Below, piece after piece: positions 27,603 to 36,893 of a stretch of 64,000 bases of DNA. Every line of letters starts with the position of its first letter. Position 1 is the stretch's first letter. Source of the DNA: Planctomycetota bacterium (GTDB lineage: Bacteria > Planctomycetota > UBA8108 > SXIK01); assembly GCA_965223265.1 (NCBI GenBank), contig OZ244999.1, forward strand, positions 3,968,001 through 4,032,000, written 5' to 3'. The notes beneath the pieces are model-generated. The model worked only from the letters and a program-made list of their open reading frames with translations. It had not been told where the DNA came from and searched no databases. The position numbers and the translations under genes are program-made.

Positions 27603-28139
27603 TTAGGAGCCGACGGTGTTCTCCGGCGCCGCAGCCGCTGGCTCGGTCGCCGTCAGATCGCCGCTGGCTCGGTCGCCGGCCGGCACCGCCGCCGCGGTCG
27701 ACTCACCGGTCGGAACCGCAGCCGCATCCGTCGTCGCAGCGCCCGTTGCAGAGGCGGTCGTCGCGGCTTCCGTCGTCGTAGCGGCCGACTCAGAAGCCTC
27801 CGCGCTCGCCGCGGCCTCGGCATCCTGTCGCCGCTCGCACTCCTCGGCGAGTGCCTCGTCGAAAACGATCAGCACACGCATGACGCGATCTGAAAGCGTG
27901 CAGTCACGCTTGAGCGGCTCGATCGATTCCGGTGGCGCATTGAAATAGGTCAGGTAATAGGAGCCCTTACGGCACCCACGGATCTCATAGGAAAGACGTC
28001 GGTCGGGCCACCGCTCAGAGTAGACCAACTCAGCTTGGTGGCGCTCAAGGAGCTCTTGAACATGCCGCTCGAGCCCCGGCCAGTCACGACTCGCCAGGTT
28101 GGCGTCGAACAGAAAAAGTCCTTCGTAAAGCCTCGTCAA
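27603..28139 (-). CDS. rpsF: 30S ribosomal protein S6 with Ala/Thr-rich tail
   Basis: YEGLFLFD, W.DRRLSYEI, GSYYLTYF, VMRVLI; TTG start with GGAGG SD. Confidence 0.93.
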   Translation of the reverse strand: MTRLYEGLFLFDANLASRDWPGLERHVQELLERHQAELVYSERWPDRRLSYEIRGCRKGSYYLTYFNAPPESIEPLKRDCTLSDRVMRVLIVFDEALAEECERRQDAEAAASAEASESAATTTEAATTASATGAATTDAAAVPTGESTAAAVPAGDRASGDLTATEPAAAAPENTVGS

Positions 28140-28274
28140 CGACTGCGTCCTCCATCTGAAATCGCGTAAACCGCGCTGGAGACCCCCACCTGATGAGCTC
28201 CAGGCTTTGACCGTAGAGGCCACTACCATAGCTCGCAGAGCGCGGCGCTTCAACCGGGAACCAAAATTCCGTCA

Positions 28275-28898
28275 CTATTCTTCGTCCACGGCCGGCCCGC
28301 CGGCTGGAGGCGGCGCGTTGTATCGGTTGGCGCAGGCTGCAACGCCCTCCGCAACCCACGTCTCCACGCTCTCGGCGGCGATCTCCGCGATGTCCGCCAA
28401 GGCGGTTTTCTCGTCTTGCGACAGCGACTCGAGAACGTAATCCGCCGCTTCGTGCCGCTCGTCGCGCCCGATGCCGACCTTGAGACGGCTAAATCGCTCG
28501 CAATTGAGCTCTTGAATGATCGACGCCACTCCCCGATGGCCGCCCGCCGAGCCGCGCTGCCGATAGCGCAGCCTCCCGGTCGGCAGATCCAGATCGTCGT
28601 AGATCACCAGAAGCTGGTCGGTCAAATCCGGCTTTGCCTCGTCGCGCGGCACGAGGCGGTGAAAGTGGACGAGATCGCGGACAGCATGACCGCTGAGATT
28701 CATGTACGTTTGCGGCTTGAGCAACAAAACACGCGTCCCGCCGACATTGACCTGGCGCAGCTCACTGCGGAATTTTTTCCGCCCGCGCTCGGCACCGACG
28801 CGTCGCGCATAGGCGTCCACGACCATGAATCCGAGATTGTGACGCGTCGGTGCGTACTTGGGGCCTGGATTTCCCAGGCCCACGATCACCTTCAACAC
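28275..28898 (-). CDS. pth: Peptidyl-tRNA hydrolase
   Basis: VGLGNPG..Y..TRHNLGF, KPQTYMNLSG, DDLDLP.G..R, GSAGGHRG. Confidence 0.97.
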   Translation of the reverse strand: MLKVIVGLGNPGPKYAPTRHNLGFMVVDAYARRVGAERGRKKFRSELRQVNVGGTRVLLLKPQTYMNLSGHAVRDLVHFHRLVPRDEAKPDLTDQLLVIYDDLDLPTGRLRYRQRGSAGGHRGVASIIQELNCERFSRLKVGIGRDERHEAADYVLESLSQDEKTALADIAEIAAESVETWVAEGVAACANRYNAPPPAGGPAVDEE

Positions 28899-28927
28899 TC
28901 AACGACTCGCGTGAATCAGCCTCAAGC

Positions 28928-29569
28928 TCAGCTGCTACCGTCGGCCTCGTCGTCAGCAGCCTTCTTGCGGATCACCTCCGGCTCGGTCGGCGATGGCTCC
29001 TCGCCTTCCGTCGGTTCAGCTTCCGCATGCGGCTCAGAAATCGACAGGACGACCAGCTCAGGATCTTCGACGTACTCGCACTCCGGGACGGGCGGCAGGT
29101 CGCCGATGCGAAAAATCGCCCCCAAATCGAGAGGCTCGATATTGACCTGAACCGACTCCGGCACCTTGTCGGGCAGCCCCCGCACCAGGACCTCCTTACG
29201 CGGAAAGTCCATGACACCACCCGAGCTCACGCCTTTAGCCACACCGATCAAATCGATGGAGACCTCCATCTGAATTTGCTCATCGGCGCTGATGCGGGCG
29301 AAGTCGACGTGGATAATGTTGGAGCCAAAAGCGTCGTACTGAACGTCCTTGACGAGGCTCTTCTCCGAAACACCGTCGACCTTGACGGAAAGCACCCGGT
29401 GCCCGGCCTCCAGAAAACGCGTGAACTCTTTCGTGTCGAGCGTTAGATGCGCGTTCTCCTCCTTGTGCCCATAGAGAACCGCCGGCAGTTTACCGCGACT
29501 CCGCAAGCGCTTCGTGGAGCGTGAACCAAACTCGCTCCGCACCTCAGCTTCGAGAACAAACTCTTCCAT
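28928..29569 (-). CDS. rplY: 50S ribosomal protein L25 (Ctc form)
   Basis: RLR..GKLPAVLYG, KDVQYD, HVDF, GVSSGG, EPEVI. Confidence 0.96.
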   Translation of the reverse strand: MEEFVLEAEVRSEFGSRSTKRLRSRGKLPAVLYGHKEENAHLTLDTKEFTRFLEAGHRVLSVKVDGVSEKSLVKDVQYDAFGSNIIHVDFARISADEQIQMEVSIDLIGVAKGVSSGGVMDFPRKEVLVRGLPDKVPESVQVNIEPLDLGAIFRIGDLPPVPECEYVEDPELVVLSISEPHAEAEPTEGEEPSPTEPEVIRKKAADDEADGSS

Positions 29570-29788
29570 CGTCAGCGACTCCTGAACGTCGTGTTCCGCC
29601 GCGTGCGCAGTGTCGCGGCGGAGGGACTCATGTCACGCAGATCGGTTGTGCCTCTGGCCTTCGCGGTTCACGCACGCGGGGCCACCGCAGGTCGCCACGA
29701 GCGATCTCGCGGCGCCGACTGCGAAGCCGCCTATCTTACGGCGCGGGCGCCGACGTCTCAACGCCTGCGATGAAGAATTCTCCGCCCG

Positions 29789-31108
29789 TCACTCCGCGCT
29801 CTTGTCATGAGCACGGCTGGGCGCCGCCTCGGTCTCTGGCGCTGGCTTGATCGCGCGCGCGGGGACGCCAACAACGACACCGCCGTCCGCGACATCTCGG
29901 CCGCGCAGAACCACGGCGCCGGCACCCGTCGCCGCCGCTTCCCCTACCACGACGGGTGCCACCAGGATCGTCCCACTACCGATGAACGCGCGGTCCCTCA
30001 CGGTCGTGGCGCTCTTCGTCTTGCCGTCGTAATTGGCGAAGATGGTTCCCGCGCCTATGTTGACGCCGTCGCCGACGGCTGCGTCGCCAACATAGGTGAG
30101 GTGAGGCACCTTGCTCCCCTCCCCGACCGTCGACTTCTTGATCTCAACAAAATTCCCCACCTTGACCGCGGCGGCGAGTTCCGTGCCGGGTCGCAGATGG
30201 CAGAAGGGCCCGATCTGGCACCGAGGCCCGATCTCGACGCCACGTTCGATATGGGTCATCGGATGAATCGTCGTGTCACGGCCGATTTGAACGTCCACTT
30301 CGATGTAGGTGGTCGCGGGATCAACGATCGTCACTCCCGCCTCCATGTACGCGGTCGCCAGACGTTCCCGGAGAATCGCCGCGGCGGCTGCGAGCTCAAC
30401 TCGGCTGTTCACCTGGGCGATCTCAGCCGTGTCGGAGACCTCGTGAGTCGCGACCCGACGACCGGCGGCCGCAGCTTTGCTGACGACGTCAGTGAGGTAA
30501 AATTCGTCCTGGGCGTTCTCGCGATCTAGCTGCGCGTAGAACTCGTCGAAGACCGCGGCGCGAATGAGGTACGTGCCCACGTTGATCTCACGACTCGCTC
30601 GCGTCGCGTCATCAGCGTCTCGCTCCTCGACAATGCCTGCGAACCGACCCGATCCGTCACGCACGATGCGGCCGTAGCCGGAGGGATCCTCCTTGTCGCA
30701 CGTCAGGAGTGCTAGATCCGCCTGGTCGCGCTCAAATCTCGCCACCAGCCCGCGCACCGTGTCGACTCTCAGCAGCGGCAAATCGCCGTTGAGAATGAGC
30801 AAAGCCGCGTCGTCGCTGATCTTTTCGCGACAGGCCTCTAGACCAACCGACGCGGCGTGTCCGGTCCCCAGTTGCGGCTCCTGAACGGCCCACGTTACCT
30901 GCTCCTGCTCAAACGCAGCCTCGATCGCCTCGCGGCCATAACCGACGACGACAACTTGGTGCTGCTCGACGCCGTCCAGCGCCGCACGGCTGGTACGGAG
31001 GACGTGCTCCAAGAGCGGCGCGCCAAGAAGCGGATGGAGAACTTTAGGGACATCCGAAGACATGCGGGTGCCTTTGCCCGCAGCCAGGATGATCGACACA
31101 ATCTTCAT
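29789..31108 (-). CDS. glmU: Bifunctional GlcNAc-1-P uridyltransferase/acetyltransferase
   Basis: ILAAGKGTRM.S..PKVLH, QLGTGHA, GYGRIVR, EFYLTD, GNFVEIK, HLTYVGDA, NIGAGTI.ANYDG. Confidence 0.95.
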   Translation of the reverse strand: MKIVSIILAAGKGTRMSSDVPKVLHPLLGAPLLEHVLRTSRAALDGVEQHQVVVVGYGREAIEAAFEQEQVTWAVQEPQLGTGHAASVGLEACREKISDDAALLILNGDLPLLRVDTVRGLVARFERDQADLALLTCDKEDPSGYGRIVRDGSGRFAGIVEERDADDATRASREINVGTYLIRAAVFDEFYAQLDRENAQDEFYLTDVVSKAAAAGRRVATHEVSDTAEIAQVNSRVELAAAAAILRERLATAYMEAGVTIVDPATTYIEVDVQIGRDTTIHPMTHIERGVEIGPRCQIGPFCHLRPGTELAAAVKVGNFVEIKKSTVGEGSKVPHLTYVGDAAVGDGVNIGAGTIFANYDGKTKSATTVRDRAFIGSGTILVAPVVVGEAAATGAGAVVLRGRDVADGGVVVGVPARAIKPAPETEAAPSRAHDKSAE

Positions 31109-31256
31109 ACTGTGACTCCGTGTCGTCGGTGAGCAGACCCCTCGAAGACGACTTCGGTCGATGGTCAGCGAGTTCTGCAGTGAAAGGCAGTCGTCAGACT
31201 CTCGAAGTCGGCGCGGTGGAGCGATTGCCCACACTCTTCGGGCAGCGCGATAAAAA

Positions 31257-31331
31257 TGGTTACCCGGTGAGGACTCGAACCTCAAATAGGTGGACCAAAA
31301 CCACCTGTGTTGCCAATTACACCACCGGGTA
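31257..31331 (-). tRNA. tRNA-Gln(TTG)
   Basis: TACCCGGTGGTGTAATTGGCAACACAGGTGGTTTTGGTCCACCTATTTGAGGTTCGAGTCCTCACCGGGTAACCA, CCA encoded. Confidence 0.97.
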
Positions 31332-31438
31332 ACTTCGGAGCTCCACGCTGCGGCGCAGTATAACCGAACGCAGCGCCGATGGGGCGTTCGAAAAACGAAG
31401 CCACTGCCGTGACTCAAGCGATCTCGGCAGCGGTCGAC

Positions 31439-32056
31439 TCAAGAAAGCAGTTGTTCGACGACGAGACGCGACCACGTCTCAAGTTGTCCTCCCAGCCCCT
31501 GCAGATCCGAACGGGGGACGAAGCTTCCCTCGAGAACCTCCGTCTCAGCGACTCGCACGGTAGGATGTGCCAACAGCAGCCGGTAGACGACACCAAGATG
31601 CACCCGGCCAACGGCATTCGAATCGTCATTGAGCACGCCGATCCGCTGACGCTCGAACGTGCCTTGAATGCAAACCTCTTCGCGGAGCTCGCGGGTCAGC
31701 CCGAGCTCCACGGCTGCAGTCAGGTCCTCGCCCGGGGCGTGGTCCTGAGGCTCGACATGTCCGCCAACACCGATCGAATACAAACCGTGGAGGCGCTGCT
31801 CGCCGCCAGCACGTCGCCGCTGCATCAAGAACACCTCGTCGCCAAAGGCGACGATGCAATAAGGAATGATCTGCTTGAAATCGGGGTCGTCCTCTGCGGA
31901 TTCTCGGTCCATGAAGAATCCGAACTCATCGATCACCTGAAAGAACTCGTCCAGCGTGTCGACGCGGAGCCCCGACGGCAGCGAGCCGACCCGTTCGAGG
32001 AGACGCTTTCTTGGCACGACGAGAACCTTCTGGGCATTCTTGTCCTCGGCTGTCAT
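31439..32056 (-). CDS. NUDIX-family predicted phosphoesterase
   Basis: AEDDPDFKQIIPY, GEQRLH..YSIGVGGHV, RELREEV, NDDSNAVGRVHLG. Confidence 0.85.
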   Translation of the reverse strand: MTAEDKNAQKVLVVPRKRLLERVGSLPSGLRVDTLDEFFQVIDEFGFFMDRESAEDDPDFKQIIPYCIVAFGDEVFLMQRRRAGGEQRLHGLYSIGVGGHVEPQDHAPGEDLTAAVELGLTRELREEVCIQGTFERQRIGVLNDDSNAVGRVHLGVVYRLLLAHPTVRVAETEVLEGSFVPRSDLQGLGGQLETWSRLVVEQLLS

Positions 32057-32455
32057 CTCTTCCTCCTTCCCTGCCTGCATGAACCTTCTGCCGCACCCGC
32101 CCTCCGATAACGAACAGGCGCAGGGTGCCGCGAGCACTGGGAGCACCGCATCCGAAAACTCTCGCGCCGCGCTCTGAGGGCGGGGTCGAAGGCTCGCTCG
32201 ACGCCCCCAGCCAGATGGAACCTCCAATCTCGAAAGGGCTTACAAACAATCGCTGCGTCCCGGACTCGCGAGCGCGTCATCTCGTCTGGCGCTGGGGCAG
32301 GCGCCGGCCGGCAGGGCGAGGTTGCCGTCCCGTCGCCCCCGGTGCAGGTGCACTGGACGCTCGCCCGGCGGCATCCTACTCTTCCGTGACGACAGGAGCT
32401 ACGACGACGTACCTGATAAGCACCCGCAGCCCAAACGGAGAAGCCAGGAACGATC

Positions 32456-32800
32456 ATGGTTGAAGGAGTGACGGACACCAGCCAGCAGACGGTCGCCAGC
32501 CGGGACCAACTCGCCGAAGTGGTTCATGCGGTCGTTTTCGAGAGCGGCCTCTTAACGCGGCAGATCCAGAGCCAGTTAGAAACGAGCCTCAAGTCCGTCG
32601 TCAGCGAATACGTCAAGAACGATCTTTCGAAGGCAATGGGCGACACGGTGCAAAAGGCCGTGACGGACCTGCTCAACAGCGAAGAGATCAAGATGCTGAT
32701 CGACAGCAAGTTTAGGGCAATCAATCTCTACCTGAAGACCGACGTGATTCCAAAGGTCGTCAAGCAGTGCCTCGCGCAGGAGGCCAAAAGAAAGAGCTGA
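32456..32800 (+). CDS. Hypothetical alpha-helical protein (114 aa)
   Basis: Coding-like codon usage, AGGA SD, downstream terminator; no family recognised. Confidence 0.75.
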   Translation: MVEGVTDTSQQTVASRDQLAEVVHAVVFESGLLTRQIQSQLETSLKSVVSEYVKNDLSKAMGDTVQKAVTDLLNSEEIKMLIDSKFRAINLYLKTDVIPKVVKQCLAQEAKRKS

Positions 32801-32879
32801 GAGCGCCCAATGGGCGCTCGCGCGGCGGGCAGGCCGCTGGGTCGACCAACCGAAACAAGGGGCACGAGCGAGGAGAAGG

Positions 32880-32905
32880 ACCAGTCGAACGACTGGTTTT
32901 TTTTT
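32880..32905 (+). terminator. Rho-independent terminator
   Basis: ACCAGTC-GAAC-GACTGG followed by a T9 run. Confidence 0.85.
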
Positions 32906-32986
32906 GCACACGTCACGTCACGCGAGTGGGCGTTCGGCACGCGTCGAGGGCCCGGCGCCGCTTGACTGACCATCTGCCCGCCCGGC

Positions 32987-33883
32987 TCAATCGCGGGGGA
33001 CGTCACGCAGCGCCCGCGTAAGGCCGCGACGCCAGTGCGGCATCTCGAGTCCAAGCCGCGCGAGGCGGCTGTTTTCGAGCACCGAATGCTCTGGGCGCCG
33101 CGCCCACTCGTCACGTTGCCGCGCTTCGTAGTAGGCCTCGGTCGTCGTCGGTCGGACTTCGACGTCCCACTCAAGCTGCGTGAAGATCTCGCGCGTGAAC
33201 CCATACCACGTCGTGGAGCCCTCACAACTTGCGTGGAATAGGCCTTCGATGTCCGGCTGATCGTTGACAATCCGCTCGACGAGCGTCGCCAAACTGAAAC
33301 AGTCGGTTGGCGTCCCTGTCTGATCATCGACGACGCTGAGCGGATCACCACCGCCGCGCCGCGAACGACCGAGCCTGGCCATCGTCGCGAGAAAGTTTCC
33401 CGTCTCGCCGCCGTAGAGCCATGCCGTGCGCAAAATGATCGATCGCACGGGATGAGCGAGAAGCCGCGCCTCGCCAGCGAGTTTCGAAGCCCCGTAGACG
33501 CTGACAGGGCCGGGATCGTCTTCTTCGACGTACGACCGCCGCGCTTCGACCGAAGCGAACGTTCCAGAGAAGACGTAGTCGGTGCTGAAGTGCACCATGC
33601 GAGCGCCGACTGCATGCGACGCATCAGCGACGAAGCCGACCGCAGCGTCATTGACTCGGTACGCGTTCTCCGAAGCTGTCTCCGCCTTGTCCACAGCCGT
33701 GTATGCAGCGCAGTTGAGCACCCATTCGGGGCGCGAATTGCGGACCGCTGCGTCGACGTGTCGGGCGTCGGTGATGTCAAGGTCCTCGAGACGCAGCGCA
33801 GCGACGTCATGACCACCTGCCACAAACTGCGCCGCCAGCACTTGCCCAAGCTGCCCACAGGCGCCCGTGATCAACACAGTCAC
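32987..33883 (-). CDS. rfbD: dTDP-4-dehydrorhamnose reductase
   Basis: ITGACGQLG, NCAAYTAVDKAE, STDYVF, YGASKLAGE, VVDDQ.GTPT, ARRP..SVL. Confidence 0.95.
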   Translation of the reverse strand: MTVLITGACGQLGQVLAAQFVAGGHDVAALRLEDLDITDARHVDAAVRNSRPEWVLNCAAYTAVDKAETASENAYRVNDAAVGFVADASHAVGARMVHFSTDYVFSGTFASVEARRSYVEEDDPGPVSVYGASKLAGEARLLAHPVRSIILRTAWLYGGETGNFLATMARLGRSRRGGGDPLSVVDDQTGTPTDCFSLATLVERIVNDQPDIEGLFHASCEGSTTWYGFTREIFTQLEWDVEVRPTTTEAYYEARQRDEWARRPEHSVLENSRLARLGLEMPHWRRGLTRALRDVPRD

Positions 33884-34129
33884 GACACTCTAACCTCCTC
33901 ATGCGTACACGAAAGAGAGATCGTACACGACGCCGGATCAATTGCGCGCAAAAACGCTGCGGCGTTTGGCAAAATCTCACTTGCCTGCTCGTTGACGCGC
34001 GAACTCGCGTCGATGTTCGGGCGCCGCCCGCACATTGGCGCGTGGACTTGTAGAAATCACACCAAGTCGGCACCTAAAATACAGCATCATGCGCACGACG
34101 ATTTCTGTCCCTCGCGAGTTGCGACGTCT

Positions 34130-36826
34130 ATGAGTCTTCGAGACAGCCAAGCTCCCCAGGCGAGTCGGCAAATCCGCCGGACCCGACGTTGCCTCTCGTG
34201 TGTTCTCTTCATTCCGCTCGCCGTGTCCGCGACGCGACTCGCTGCTTCGCCGCCGCCAAGTGCGCGGGCAGAGGACGACGCTCGCAAGACCGAACGGGTC
34301 GACTTTCACACCGACGTTCTCCCAATCCTCAACCGCCACTGTGTGCGCTGCCACGCGGGTGGCACGGCGCGCGGCGGTTTGAGCATGGAGACTCGGGAGC
34401 GCCTGCTGGCGGGAGGTGACTCAGGTGCGGCGGTCATCGTCGGACGCAGCCAGGAGTCCGTACTGATTGCGCGCGTCACAAGCGACGAAGAGGCGGACCG
34501 AATGCCGGCGGAAGGGGCCCGCCTGGCCGCGGCAGAGATCGCCGTGCTCAAAGCCTGGATCGATGAAGGACTTGTCTGGGAGGCCGGCATCAAGCTGAGC
34601 CGGCGGACCAAGCGCCGACCGCTACGACTTCAACCGCCGAAGCTGCCGCCGACGGTACAATCAGGAGCAACCCATCCGATCGACTGGCTGCTCGCGCCGT
34701 ACTTCGAGGCCCACGGAATCAGCCCCTCCGGTACGATCGACGACGGGGCGTTTGTTCGGCGCGTGATGCTCGATCTTCACGGCCTTCTACCCGACCCGGA
34801 AGCCGTCGACGCTTTTGCAGCAGACCTCGGTGCCAACAAACACGCGCGTCTGGTCGACGAGCTTCTTTCCAACTCCGAGCGCTACGCTGATCACTGGTTG
34901 ACGTTTTGGAGCGACGCTCTGCGCAACAGCTACCGCGGCACCGGGTTCATCGATCGCGGCCGCCTTCAGATCACTCGCTGGTTGTACGTAGCTCTTTTCA
35001 CCAACAAACCCTACGACCAGCTGGTTCGTGAACTCCTCGTCGCGGCGCCTGGCGCCGAAGGGTTCCTGCACGGAATCAAGTGGCGTGGAGTCGTGAACGC
35101 CAGTCAACGGCGCGAGATGCAGACGGTGCAGACGGTCAGCCAGGTATTTCTCGGTACAAACCTCAAGTGTGCTTCGTGCCACGACAGCTTCATCAATGAC
35201 TGGAAACTCTCAGACGCTTACGGTTTCGCAAACATTTTTGCCGCCGAGCGCCTTGAGACCCACCGCTGTGACAAACCGACCGGCGCGTCTGTGTCGCCGC
35301 GCTTCATCTTTCCAGAGCTCGGCGACATCGAAGCGGATGCTCCACGCACCCAGCGGATCCAGCAGCTCGCGGACCTCATCACCGACCAGCGTAACGGTCG
35401 GCTGGCGCGGACGATCGTCAACCGCCTATGGGGCATTTTCTTCGGTCGCGCCATCGTCGCGTCCGTGGACGACGTCGACGCGGAACCGTTCCACCCACCG
35501 CTTCTCGAGTGGCTCGCGGCAGACTTCGTCGAACATGGGTACGATCTCAAACACACCATGCGACGCATTTGCACGTCGCGCATCTACCGCCAGGTGGCAG
35601 CAGGATTTCCGCGGCCCGACGCAGCCCGCGGCGCGTTTCGCGGCCCGCTCGTCAAACGCATGCACGCCGAAGTGTTCGTTGACGCAGTGTCGATGCTAAC
35701 GGGCGCTTGGCAAGAGGAGACGACGGAGACGCTACTCGTCGACGGCCGCGGACAGGGTGGGCAAGCCGCCGCGATCTTCGACGTTCGGCGCCAACACGCA
35801 CCGCCAACGACCGAGGCACCCACCTTCGTCGCGGGACAGGTTGGGAGCGCGTTGGAGCTCGACGGAGCGTCGTTGAACGTCCTACGAGCGGCGCACGACG
35901 AGAGGCTGACGCCGAGCGCCGCTCTGACGATCGCCCTGTGGGTGCGGGCAGATGCGGCACCGCCGTGGGTAGAACTTTATCGCAAGCCGGATGCCGGCGG
36001 CGGCCATCTGATAGCGCTCGGCGACAGCCGAAACGTCTACGGCCTTCACGTGCATCTCGGAATCGATGGTCGTGCGCGGTCTAAGAATGCGCCTGTAAAG
36101 AAAGAGCTCATCACCGACGGTGCGTTTCATCACATCGGCGTGACCTACGACGGCGAGGTCATGAGACTCTTTTTCGATGGCAAGGAGGTCGGCACTAGGG
36201 AGGTGAAAGGCTCACTCCAGCAGCGCGAGTCGCATCCGGCGACAATCGGTTCGCTACTCGACGGCGCCGTCGATGACGTGCGCATCTATGACGTGGCGCT
36301 CAATCACGATCAGATGCAAGAACTGGCTGCGGTGGACACGACAGACGTGGCGCCAAGTCCCAAAGCGAGTCAGCCGCTACCGCGCGCTCACTGGCGACTC
36401 GATGGCAGCATCGATTGCGACCCTCGAGACGTGGTCACGACCGCGGTCGGGGCGGGAGTGAAACGGCCAAACCTGCGCGCCGCTCACGTCGATGCCGACG
36501 CGCTCATGCGCAGCCTCGGGCGCCCCCACCGCGAACAAGTCGTCACGCGGCGCGAACCGCTGGCTACGACGCTGCAGGCCATCGAACTCACGAACGGCGA
36601 GATTCTCGATCAGATGCTTCGGCGCGGCGGCACCCACTGGGCAGAGCGCAAGCTCGAGCGCGGAGATCTTCTCCGCGACCTCTATCGACATGCGCTGGGG
36701 CGTGTCCCAACCGCCGACGAGGTGCAGGTCGCGAGCGACATTCTCGACGCGAGCTCAGCGGCCGATGGCATCGCAGATTTACTTTGGATCCTTGTGATGT
36801 TGCCGGAGTTTCAGTTAGTGAATTGA
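34130..36826 (+). CDS. Planctomycete cytochrome c (PSCyt1)-DUF1549-DUF1553 protein with LamG insert
   Basis: DF..DV.PIL..HCVRCH..RMP...WIDEG; HPID..RR..LDL.GL.P; CASCHD; ARTIVNRLW..FFG; LamG-like FHHIGVTYDG..GAVDDVRIYD.AL; C-terminal PEFQL; start approximate. Confidence 0.9.
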   Translation: MSLRDSQAPQASRQIRRTRRCLSCVLFIPLAVSATRLAASPPPSARAEDDARKTERVDFHTDVLPILNRHCVRCHAGGTARGGLSMETRERLLAGGDSGAAVIVGRSQESVLIARVTSDEEADRMPAEGARLAAAEIAVLKAWIDEGLVWEAGIKLSRRTKRRPLRLQPPKLPPTVQSGATHPIDWLLAPYFEAHGISPSGTIDDGAFVRRVMLDLHGLLPDPEAVDAFAADLGANKHARLVDELLSNSERYADHWLTFWSDALRNSYRGTGFIDRGRLQITRWLYVALFTNKPYDQLVRELLVAAPGAEGFLHGIKWRGVVNASQRREMQTVQTVSQVFLGTNLKCASCHDSFINDWKLSDAYGFANIFAAERLETHRCDKPTGASVSPRFIFPELGDIEADAPRTQRIQQLADLITDQRNGRLARTIVNRLWGIFFGRAIVASVDDVDAEPFHPPLLEWLAADFVEHGYDLKHTMRRICTSRIYRQVAAGFPRPDAARGAFRGPLVKRMHAEVFVDAVSMLTGAWQEETTETLLVDGRGQGGQAAAIFDVRRQHAPPTTEAPTFVAGQVGSALELDGASLNVLRAAHDERLTPSAALTIALWVRADAAPPWVELYRKPDAGGGHLIALGDSRNVYGLHVHLGIDGRARSKNAPVKKELITDGAFHHIGVTYDGEVMRLFFDGKEVGTREVKGSLQQRESHPATIGSLLDGAVDDVRIYDVALNHDQMQELAAVDTTDVAPSPKASQPLPRAHWRLDGSIDCDPRDVVTTAVGAGVKRPNLRAAHVDADALMRSLGRPHREQVVTRREPLATTLQAIELTNGEILDQMLRRGGTHWAERKLERGDLLRDLYRHALGRVPTADEVQVASDILDASSAADGIADLLWILVMLPEFQLVN

Positions 36827-36893
36827 CACTCTCAAGACTATATCGTGCAGTGGTGCGCGAGTAGATCAGCAAAGCCGAATCCCAAAAGAAGAG

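Noticed and set aside
31109-31417. N-terminal extension of the glmU ORF
   Set aside because: Runs through tRNA-Gln; the real start is ATG 31108
33452-34129. N-terminal 226 codons of the 1124-aa ORF
   Set aside because: Overlaps rfbD on the opposite strand; the protein plausibly begins near ATG 34130 before the signal peptide
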